DNA of 64,000 nt. Source: Octopus sinensis. Taxonomy: Eukaryota. The stretch is taken from contig NC_043012.1 of the NCBI RefSeq assembly GCF_006345805.1, positions 44,206,001-44,270,000 on the forward strand. The letters are read 5' to 3'. The translations under genes were made by a program, and so were the position numbers. Shown here in pieces: positions 53,344 to 64,000 of the stretch. Position 1 is the stretch's first letter, and every line of letters begins with the position of its first letter. Below the pieces are notes generated by a model. The model was not told the DNA's origin and searched no databases. It worked only from the letters and a program-made list of their open reading frames with translations.

Positions 53344-53843
53344 CTTTATACCATTCTACTTGCATCTCTAAAGTCCAAATAAAATATAAAATATCTTTTA
53401 TCTTCTTCTCTATTTACTTTAACTGACATTGTAAACGAAACCGTTTCATAAAACGTTGATTAAAATTACTTTTAATAAGAATTTCCTTGCAAAAATTTAT
53501 TCATTGAAATATGTAATCGTTCTTAACAAGGAAACTCGTGAAGTAAAACGAAAATTATTGGAGGCCTAACATCGAAGATTATTGAAGAAAATTTCGGATA
53601 TTGTTATGATTGTAATAGAGAAAAAATCATTTACAAGTCGCAGTAAATGTGCGGTTCTGATTGCACAAAACAATAAATAAATAAATAAATAAAAGAAATA
53701 TTGGTTTCAAGTTTTGGTACGAAGCCAGCAATTTTGGGGAGGGAGAAAGTCTATTACATGCACACATTCACACACACACCACATACACTCATGTACTCAT
53801 ATACCAAAACACACTGATCCACAATACAATGACATTCACATTT

Positions 53844-53880
<37 letters not shown>

Positions 53881-53896
53881 CGCACACACGCGCGCG

Positions 53897-53951
<55 letters not shown>

Positions 53952-54419
53952 CATACATACATACATATAGTGTACTGTAGATTGACCATTCACTACTTTC
54001 TTTCAGCTATCATATCATTCATAATCCCACACTGATTAAGAAACACCAACCCCACCCCCAAGCACACTGAAATCCCATATTTAGAATCACAAAACCCCAA
54101 ATCCTCAGATCTGTTTGACAAGCAATGTGAGAAAGTTCTCCAAAAAAGTTAACAAGAATTTTTTTTTATAATTCTACACACCCAAGTTAACAAAGAACTT
54201 ACTAGATCTATGGACTAAAATTTATACTATTAAAAAATAATAAATTAAACTGATTAGAACTACTAGTAAAGTCATTCTTTTATTTTTTCAAATGTGTGTG
54301 TGTGTGTACAGTGGTGGGCACAGCTAACCAAAAAGTTAACTTCGCTAACCGTTAATCCGCTAACTGAAAAAGTTAGTTTCGCAAACGCTAAGCCGCTAAA
54401 CAGGTAAAAAAATTAGCTA

Positions 54420-55500
54420 ATGATGGCCAAGGTGTACTACTCTGGCTGGGCCTTCTCCATCGCCTCGACGTGATGCTGGTTGCTCTTCATAGACATCAGC
54501 TTCCCAAAGTTACCATCTGAAAGGCTCTCTTGGCCCTCAAATATCTTTGCCAGTAGAGATGGATGATGGAATGATGGTGTTATACTTGGTGAACAGATCG
54601 ATCAAGCCCTGCTCACCCAAAAAGGCGACTTCACTCAGGACGTCCTTGAATTTAAGTGACCTGTGGCTCCTGCTCTCCCGGAACTGAGTGATATTCCTGA
54701 AGAATTCATCTTTCTCATCTTCGTTGCTGGTGGTGCAGCTGCCCTCCTCATTGGTCTCCATTAAAGCTGTCTCTACGACGGTCTCTATAGCGTTCGTTAC
54801 TCTGCTAACCTGGCTGCTATTTCACTGCTCTTGTAAGAACAGGCGAAACTTGGGATGGAAAGCAGCAGTCAGCTGGCACTCCGGTCCTCCTAGGATGAGC
54901 CTAAACCTTTTCATGTTGTCTGCCAGTATCGCATCTACCAGACGACTGCAGTACAAGAGACGTTTAAACCTGGCCTCCTTCAACTTCATTATGGTAGCCA
55001 CTACAACTGTCAGAAGGCTCCCGAGATAGGCCTGGTCCTCCCCACGAGAGCAACATTAGACATTACCTGACCGTACTCCGTCAAAAAGCCGACATCAGAA
55101 TCAGTAAACGTCTGAAGCTTCAGCAGTGTCATCACCCTGTGGACAGCTCCCATATTCTTAGCCAGCAGGTTGTTGAGGACAACAACAATCATAGGTAGAG
55201 TTCCACTTGGTACTGTTGGTGACCACCAACCTCTTCAACGCGTCCAGAATGCTGTCTGCCGCCACCGTGCTGCGGCTCTGCAGATTCCACAGCCGATGTG
55301 CCTTGGGCATAGCCCTCCTGTAGGTCGATTTGAACGAAGCGCTGTCAGGAGCATCCACGCTGGCTACCAAGTGGAAGGTATGGGCTGCCCACTTCATGTG
55401 CACTGGCAAGTTGAGGTCCAAGCCGCTGGACTCGTCAAAGGCGGCATCAACAGAGATGTACTCAACATCCCCAACCTCGGGTCGGAAGGAAGCAGGACAT
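54420..55500 (-). pseudogene. hAT transposase C-terminal half
   Basis: LPVHMKWAAHTFHLVASVDA, LWNLQSRSTVAAD, NSTKWNSTY, FLTEYGQVM, AAFHPKFR, KYNTIIPSS; frameshifted, and the ERLF segment is deleted. Confidence 0.9.
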
Positions 55501-55798
55501 TTGATTACAGTATCTCTTAACCATATTTTGTTTATAGAAATCACACAGATTGTAGTTTAACATTTGTTACTAGGATGTTCTAAATTCATGGAAATATTGT
55601 TTATAATTTAAAGCCTTGTTATTAAACTTTTGAAAATAGTGACATTACCCTGATAGGTGACGCGTTGGGGGAGGGGATTAATAACCGAGATGGGGGATGA
55701 GATGGAATGGTGGTCGGAATAAGTTCAGAACTTAAGGTTGGTTATTCATTATTTCATTAAAGTCTGCTGTCTTGGCTGTGCAGACTTGATCAGGAGTG

Positions 55799-55836
<38 letters not shown>

Positions 55837-55847
55837 TATATATATAA

Positions 55848-55904
<57 letters not shown>

Positions 55905-56283
55905 TTGGTGAATTGAAGAAATTCGATTTGTTTTGCTCCGCCTCTGTTCTGTTTTTGTTTTTTCCAACGGATTTCCTATTTCTTCCTGAAGAGAAAGACA
56001 CAATATGGTCTCATTATTCAATCGGATTTTGGTAAATTGTGCCGTTCGAAACACGTAGAATGAAATAAAACGATTTCTGTTCAATCTTCGTTCAGCTCCA
56101 TTTCTTCAATTCACCAATAATATTAAAATTCAATTATCCGCACCAACGCACGGTTGCAACACCATATGGTTGTACCTCCAACCGTGCTGTCTTCTGCTGT
56201 GATTTTTGCTACCAGGTATCGGTTAAACTTTTGATTAATCTGCTACAAGATTATTCATCTTTCTATTTCACATAATATATATA

Positions 56284-56328
<45 letters not shown>

Positions 56329-56744
56329 CAACAATTGAGGGTAAAATTAATTAATTAATCAATTTCACCAAGTATTCAGTATGCAAAGGGACCATTTAAG
56401 GCGAATTCAAATTATTACATTATATAAAAGGGCTTAGTAAAATAAATTAAAATAAATTTATTTTATATATATATATATATATTAATAAATGAAATAAAAC
56501 ATATGCATATATATAAACATATATGTACGTACCTACCTCTACGTGTACATATACACGCATATATGTGTACAGGACACCAAAAAGACGTCGAACACATAGA
56601 GAGACGAAAACATAGACACAAACCAAAGGAACTGGACATTTTTTTAAAAACAACAAAAAAATGGAGTACAGGACAATTATATATATATAAGCATGTATGT
56701 ATGTATGTATGTATGTATGTATGTATGTATATATATATATATTA

Positions 56745-56828
<84 letters not shown>

Positions 56829-57009
56829 CCGTATATTATGTATTCAGACATTATTTCAATTAGCTATTATACATTTTATTACATAATTAAGAAAATAATT
56901 ATTTAATAAATAATCAAATAATTAAATTGAATTAAGAAGATATAAAGAACGCCATAATAATAATTTAATAAACTTATATAATTTCAATTTATAAATACTT
57001 TGTAAGATT

Positions 57010-57613
57010 CTCTTCCAGCTGTTTATGGCTGGCTAAGATCATCCTGCCAGGGTGCGGCGGGAGATCGACGTCTTGCTGGGATTCAGCGTCATGATCAGGC
57101 CAACAAAGGTGGGGGACTCCACTATATGCAGCGATAGCATGTTGTCGACAAACAGGTCTACAATCCTTCTGTCTACCACAGACTGACAGACGCCAGTGCT
57201 AGCAGTTAGGGCAAACGCCTCGCCAATGCTGGCTGGCGCGCTTTCTTTGCACATGGCCGTGATAACTGGCTACTGGCACTACTACCAGAAGATTGCCTGT
57301 GTTTCCCACGGGAAGAACCGGCCTTGATCCTCTCCTCAAACTGAATGACATGCGCTGAGTGCTTCCTCTTGACATGCGACTCCAAGTTGTAGAGGCTCAC
57401 CGCTTGTCCCTTGATGGTGATCTCCTTAGGCTGCCCCATGACGCACCGGAAGTACAGGACTTTGGCTTCCTCTTATCCCTTGATATAAGGACAAAGTAAT
57501 ACTCCAGGTGGAGGCCACAGGTTCTGAGACTCCTGGCTCTCAACCTGAGCAACTTCTGCCTCCGCAACAGGCCCTTCATTCTCAGGCTGAACAAAAACGT
57601 CTTCACTTTCCAT
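57010..57613 (-). pseudogene. hAT transposase N-terminal part (BED finger and Hermes-type DNA-binding domain)
   Basis: MESEDVF...LWPHLEYYF...LYNLESHVKRKH...IVDLFVDNMLSLHIVESPTFVGLIMTLNPSKTSISRRTL. Confidence 0.88.
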
Positions 57614-58008
57614 AACGATAAGCGATAACTTGATAAGCCGATAATGTACACTGCTGTCGCTGACATTGTAAGACTGTCTGTAATGTGACAACGTCGTAAG
57701 TGAACACAACTCAAAACTGCAGAATTACACAATGTTGCTCAGCAAGCTGATGCTGCGTCGACCAATCACGTCTTGTCACGTGTCAGCCAATAGCTGCCTG
57801 ACAGACTTACGTGATACGCCCACAACAGATAGAAACAAACGTATAAATTTTGTCAGCGAACTTAATGTTAGCGGAATTAAATTTAGTGGAAGCTAATTGG
57901 TCCGCTAACAATTTCCAAAGTCAGCGATAACGCTAATCCGCTAAACGAAAAATTAGCTTCGCTAATTAATTATTAACGGATTAGTAGAACTGTGCCCACC
58001 ACTGCATA

Positions 58009-58043
<35 letters not shown>

Positions 58044-58861
58044 TTGTGTGTGTGTGTGGTTGTGTGTGTGTGTGTCTGTTCATGAATATCCATACGTATG
58101 TACATGACTGCATGTTGAAATTTCAAAGAAAGGACTTTGCTTCTTGGCTAAAAACTAGCTCTTTTTTCCATCGGTGAGTACTTAAGAAATGTAAGATCTG
58201 AATATAGATAGGTACATCCCTTCATATAAACAAAAATATATATGCATTCTTTCATTCATACATACATACATACATACATACATACATACATGCATACATA
58301 CATACATACATACATACATACATAATACATACATACATACATACATACATACATCAACGCAGATATACATATATACATACACATATACATACAGGCAGAA
58401 AGACAGACAAACGTACACACATATATAAGGCAGGCACACGGGCATACTTAGAATTTTAGGTAAATGGGTATACAACAGTGGATGTTCCAGTATATCTGAC
58501 TGCAAACATCTGAGTACATCTTGCAAGTTAGAACCGCAGATGTGCATTAATTGATTATCAGAACGAGCAAAGAGTAAATTCCATTGTTGTTGCGAATAGA
58601 GAAGTGCGGTGAATTGGATTGGGTAATGTTCCACACCGATTTTATAAAACACAAATAAAATTCAGTCTTTCCACGGTTCTTGAATACAATGATGCAGTCA
58701 GAGAAATTAAATCGATACGGCTTTGAGGATAAATTAACTTAGTTTATTTAGACGCATTCCCACACACACAACACACACACACATGCGTACGCACAGACAC
58801 ATATACACACACAAGCAGGCTCAAACACACATACACACTCACACATGAAAACAAATAAACG

Positions 58862-58901
<40 letters not shown>

Positions 58902-59595
58902 ATGAACTGCAATATGCATATTTAACGTCGCTGTATGTATACACGTTTATACAAATTGTGTGTATTTGCATGTGTGTGAATGTGTATTGGCATGGGTGAG
59001 TGTATGTGTGTTTGTGTGTGTACGCGCGCGTTAGTATGTGTGTGTATGCGTGTGTGCGCATATGTTTGAGTGTATGTGTGAAAACACAAGGGAAATCGAA
59101 TTCCAGTTTCCAGACGAGGTTAAGCCGTAGAATTAAATACGTGCACAGAGAGCGCGCGCGAACGCGTGTCTTGTACACCCACCAACCTACATACAGACAC
59201 GCACGCGTACTCACGAACATATATAAGTCTCATCGGCTGCTATTGGCAGCTCCCAAAACTTTCTATAAAACTTTTTCGCTGTAAATGTATTGACGGCTTT
59301 CCTCGTGCACTATACGTTCACGTCTGTCTATCTATCTATCCATCTATTTATCCATCCACCCATTCGGCTGTCTGTCTGTGTACCTATCTATCTGTCAGTC
59401 AACCTGTCAGCCTGTCTGCTTGTCTGTCCCTCTCTCTACCCCCCTCTCTCTCTCTCTCTCTTTGTCTGTCTGTTTCTCTATCTGTCTGACTATTTATTTT
59501 CGCTCACACGCAAGCTTTGTAATGTTTATACCTGTTTCAGTTCTTCTGATAAATGATGTGTCGTGCATCATATATATGTGTATGTATATATATAT

Positions 59596-59631
<36 letters not shown>

Positions 59632-59647
59632 GCACCAGGTGTGTTAT

Positions 59648-59718
59648 TACCAGGTGGTGCTATTAAGTTAGACATGGCCTGGGCCAATAATGGCCGAAAC
59701 CTATCAAAGTATCAAAGT
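59648..59718 (+). mobile_element. isolated 3' tail of the CR1-like LINE
   Basis: CAGGTGGTGCTATTAAGTTAGACATGGC matches 61068-61097. Confidence 0.75.
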
Positions 59719-60299
59719 ATATATATATATATACAAATGGACAAGAACGCAAAACATCCAAACAGACGATACAAAAAACACCGAAAGGTTATTCGAAGCC
59801 TTTAATCTTCAGTCAAGAACCGGATCATCCTCGCAATTTCGGCTGATTAATCTTGAGATTGCTCCAATCTGGCCAGCCCCAAGGAAAAACTAAGCTAAGC
59901 TCATTAGATTCCTTGGAAGAAAGCTTCAAATGTATACAAAACAAGGGCGGAAAAACGGATGTTGTTACACGAATATAAATACAAAAATAATACAAAAAAA
60001 AAAAACAGTACAAAAATACGAATATATATACAAAAAACAATAATAAAAATAACAGGACATAACAACAGGCGTCTTTCGACTAGAGATGAATTGAATTCAG
60101 CTTGCGTGTTGAGAATTAAGCCTTACGGCAGAGGTAAAGAACGATGTGACCGTAACAGTGGTCCAGCGCAAAAGGGCTAGTAGTCGGCCAGCAGTCACAT
60201 GAGAGGAGAAGAGAGAGAAAAAGAGGAGCAAAGGAATTAAGGAGAAGAGAAGAGAGAGAAAAAGAGGAACAAAGGAATTTAGGAAATGGTAAATGTAAA

Positions 60300-61160
60300 A
60301 CAAAATGCAAGTAAACGAGGGAAAATTTGAGCTGATGCATTTTGGAAGAGAGACTATTCTAAAACTGCCATACTCTCTTCCTTCAGGGGAACTACTCACA
60401 GCATCTAATAATATCAGAGACCTAGGTGTAATTGTTGATAACAATCTCAGTTGGAGTGCCCACATCAACAATAAGCTCGATATACCTAGTAGGATGAGCT
60501 CCTGGATCTTAAGAAACTTCCGGTCCAGAGAACAAGGTGTCATCATTCCACTTTTCTCCTCCTTTGTACGGCCACACCTCGAATACTGCTGCCCCCTGTA
60601 TACAAAACAAAACATCTCAAAAACTGGATCACCCCAGAGGGCACTCACTAAACGAATTAAGGGCATGACTGATCTCGATTACTAGGACCGCCTTAAAGCC
60701 TAGAAACTCTACTCTCGCCAGCGCCGCCGCAAGCAGTACATCATTTGCTGATGTGGAGAATATCCCGACCTGAACATTAGCTTCAAGGTTCATCCAAGGC
60801 TGGGACCATGGGCCATACGTCCCCTACCTAATTCAGGATCACAACATATAGGTACACTGCGACACAATTTCTTTTCCTCAGCAGGCCCTGCCCTGTTTAA
60901 CATTGTCCCAAAACTGATCAAAGAGGAAAAGGATCCCATCACCTTTAAACGGAGTCTGGACAAATTTCTTCAAGGAATACCAGATAAGCCACCCATACCT
61001 GGATACAACTCACTCAACAAGAACTCACTACTTGAATGGACCATAATACCACAAGACTTGACTTAAAAAGGATTTAGATAATCCTATCAGGTGGTGCTAT
61101 TAAGTTAGACATGGCTTGGACCAATCTTTAGTCGAAACATATCTAAATTTTATCTAAGTT
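60300..61160 (+). mobile_element. CR1/L2-like LINE, 5'-truncated
   Basis: DLGVIVDNNLSWSAHI, LFSSFVRPHLEYC, QRALTKRIKGM..LDY, then 3' UTR with a tandem tail. Confidence 0.9.
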
Positions 61161-61216
61161 TTGTATGTATATATATTGCATATATACACAAATATATATA
61201 CATACATATATGTGTG

Positions 61217-61267
<51 letters not shown>

Positions 61268-61279
61268 GTATATATATAT

Positions 61280-61995
61280 ATATAATATATTATGGCTGCA
61301 CCCTCGTTATCGAGTATGGCCATTGCACGAAGCTTAACTGTTACTGGTGCTGTGATCGAATGTGACTTTTTAGCCCAGCTAAAGATCTACAATGTCTTGT
61401 ACAAAATTGAAAACTAAAACCTTTACTGGTAATAGCCGGCTGTAGTTGTAACTGGGCTTCATGTACCTTGCATATCGTTTAAGTCCTCCTGCCGAATTAC
61501 ACTCTCTTCCACATGCCCGACAGATATGATTAGTATGGTGTGTTACACCACCACACAGTGGCCAGGTTGTCACTCATCTGTCTCGTTTTGACTACGAAGA
61601 TGACTCATGAGTCCAGCTTACTGAGGCAGGGTCTTGCACAGACATTGCATGTCAGAATCAAAGGAAGACCCTTCCCTTCTGGAAGTGTAACAGCGATGCC
61701 CTTCCTGACATCTCTCCTTACTTTCTCATGTGCAACTCGAGATTTCTCAAACGTGGCTGTCCCCTCATGCACAATCCTTCTCCACATACTACGATCAATA
61801 GCTATGCCTTCCCATGTGTCAGGAGAGATGCAAGCATCTCTTAAGGAAGCCTTCAGCAAGTCCTTATACCTCTTTTTTGGTTTATGTGGAGGTCGTTCTC
61901 CTTTAGCTAACTCTCCATAAAAGACTTGTTTTGGCATCCTTGAATCCTTCATTCTGACCAGATGACCACTCCATCTGAGCCTTTGCTTTAACACA
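61280..61995 (-). mobile_element. RTE/BovB-like LINE 3' end
   Basis: QRLRWSGHLVRMKDSRMPKQVFYGEL...RYKDLLK; C-terminal CNVCARPC and CRACGREC zinc-finger remnants. Confidence 0.92.
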
Positions 61996-62016
61996 AGAGC
62001 TTCTATACAGAGCTTC

Positions 62017-62081
<65 letters not shown>

Positions 62082-62236
62082 TATATTATATATATATATA
62101 TATATATATGCATATATTATATATATATATATATAATATATTTAACATATATATAATTTGTATATGTGTGTAATATATATGTATATACATATATGTATTA
62201 TTATATATATATATTATATATATATATATAATATAT

Positions 62237-62600
62237 AGGCGCAGCCATAGGTCTGTGGTAAGAAGCTTGCTTCCCAACCACATAGCTTCGGGTTCAGTCC
62301 CACTGCATGGCACCTTGGGCAAGTGTCTTCTACTGGAGCCTTGTGAGTGGATTTGGTAGACGGAAACTGAAAGGAGCATGTCGTATATATACCTGTGTGT
62401 TTGCGTGTCTGTGTTTGTTTCCCCACCACCATCACCTGACAACCGATGTTGTTGTGATTACATACCCGTAAATTAGCGGTTCGGCAAAAGAGACAGACAA
62501 AATAAGTACTAGGATTACAAATAATAAATCCTGGGGTTGATTTGTTCGACTAAAACGCGATGTTTCAGCATGGCCGCAGCCTAGTGACTGAAACAAGTCA
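62237..62600 (+). mobile_element. SINE family A
   Basis: Head, core and CAGCATGGCCGCAGCC tail. Confidence 0.9.
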
Positions 62601-63192
62601 AAGAGTAAAAGAGTGGTGTGTGTGTGTGTGTGTGTGTGTGTATGCGTGTGTGCGTGTATGTGTGTGTGTGTGCGTTTGTGTGTGTGTGCGCGCGCGTGTG
62701 TGTATTTGTAGTAAATTTGACTTACAGCTGTTTCGAGTAGTCGCTATAGGTTCGTTTTTGATTAGTTTACTTAGTTGGCCCATTGATCAGTTTAGGAAAT
62801 TTGTACAACCATGAGAATTATTGCTACCTTCGTCACTTATTTCTGTTATACACACTCATACACATACATGTTCGCATTTATACACATATTTTGATACCAA
62901 GTATTCGCTTTTCGTTTAATTTCATATATGTAGCATTAGACTATTTCTCTAAACTGGATCTTTTTTCTTTTTTTATTGAGTTCTATGTTAGAGGTCATTA
63001 TTCCTGTAATTACGACGTCAGTTCATTTCCTTATGGTAATTTTAAATGACTCTTTTTGTAAGGTTCTCTACAAAAGAAACTGAGCGCATTTATGTTCTAT
63101 GTGCTTCGTATATTACTGTACAACACTGGTTTCTACACCATAGCATATATATTAAGTAAAATTCACCTGACCATACATTTTCATATTCATGT

Positions 63193-63346
63193 AGGCGCAG
63201 GCATGGCTGTGTGGTAAGAAGCTTGCTTCTCAACTATATGCTTTAGAGTTCAGTCCCACTGTGTCTACGTGTCTATCTATAGCCTCGGGCCGACCAAAGC
63301 CTTGTGAGTCTATTTGCTAGACGGAAACTGAAAAAAACCCGTCATG

Positions 63347-63377
<31 letters not shown>

Positions 63378-63390
63378 GTGTGTGTGTGTA

Positions 63391-63462
<72 letters not shown>

Positions 63463-63640
63463 TGCCTGTGTGTCTTCCCACCACCCCTTGACAACTAGTG
63501 CTGATGTGTTTATGTTCCTTTAACTTAGCGATTCGGCAAAGGAGACTAATAGAATAAGTACCTGACATTTAAAATATATAAGTACTAGGATGGATACATT
63601 CGACTGAAAATTCTAATGACAAACAAGTAAAAGATAAATG
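63193..63640 (+). mobile_element. SINE family A with internal deletions
   Basis: AGGCGCAGGCATGGCTGTGTGGTAAG head and internal (TG)n. Confidence 0.85.
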
Positions 63641-64000
63641 ATAAAAGATGTAGACCTTACATATATTGTTTCGTGTTACCTTTGCGCTCTTCCCTTGGCC
63701 CTACTTTACTGAGAGGCGACTACAATCCAAGAGTCAACGTTACTATCAATATCTAGTTATGACCATTGCAGAACCTGGCGATGTGTATGAAGCATCTAAT
63801 CCGCCTATCACCTCACCTCTTCCAGGAGATTATTAATCAAGTACATAATTCCATGCAGTCTATCCTTGGCTTTCTTGTGACTATTTCATTGTCAGTTTAA
63901 GGAAACTCTCCTTCATTTTTGGCAAGGTAATCATGTTACTCACGTTCGTACCTGCTCCTGGTTATATTCGTAAGGTAAGACAGTGTTGTACCTTGTAACA

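Larger units (their letters stand above)
54309..58004 (-). mobile_element. Tol2-like hAT transposon, defective
   Basis: Perfect 15-bp TIR CAGTGGTGGGCACAG; subterminal CGCTAA/TTAGCG repeats; transposase remnants; flanked by (TG)n; TSD not recognisable. Confidence 0.92.

Noticed and set aside
58455-58650. Cys-rich plus frame (GCSSISDC...CCCE) or minus-strand ORF as a paralogous exon
   Set aside because: The plus frame has two stops; the minus ORF lacks clear splice sites.
59640-61160. Repeat pair at 59650 and 61068 as LTRs; GGCCGAAAC as a ribozyme; CTGAAGA..GAATA at ~59800
   Set aside because: Better explained as two CR1 3' tails; the hammerhead cores are incomplete.

Overview
AT-rich, microsatellite-dense eukaryotic DNA, mostly intronic or intergenic and dominated by transposons. 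The SINE families suggest an octopus/cephalopod genome (inference from recalled repeat families). Main contents: (1) a near full-length but inactivated Tx1/L1-clade LINE (~11016-17890) flanked on both sides by (TATC)n and interrupted by a SINE with a 14-bp TSD; (2) a Tol2-like hAT transposon (54309-58004) whose catalytic middle is replaced by AT-rich DNA; (3) a non-autonomous Helitron; (4) fragments of R4/Dong, Penelope, Tc1/mariner, Chapaev-like, RTE/BovB and CR1 elements, plus several MITEs and many tRNA-derived SINEs; (5) a lone 5S rRNA copy fused to a SINE-type 3' tail, a candidate 5S-derived SINE; (6) minimal hammerhead-ribozyme motifs in short repeats; (7) several long palindromes; (8) a candidate 3-exon minus-strand host gene (27392-29326) encoding a small ten-cysteine, Ly6/uPAR-like protein. 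Most ORFs in the supplied track are microsatellite artefacts. All family assignments come from recalled motifs, not from database searches.
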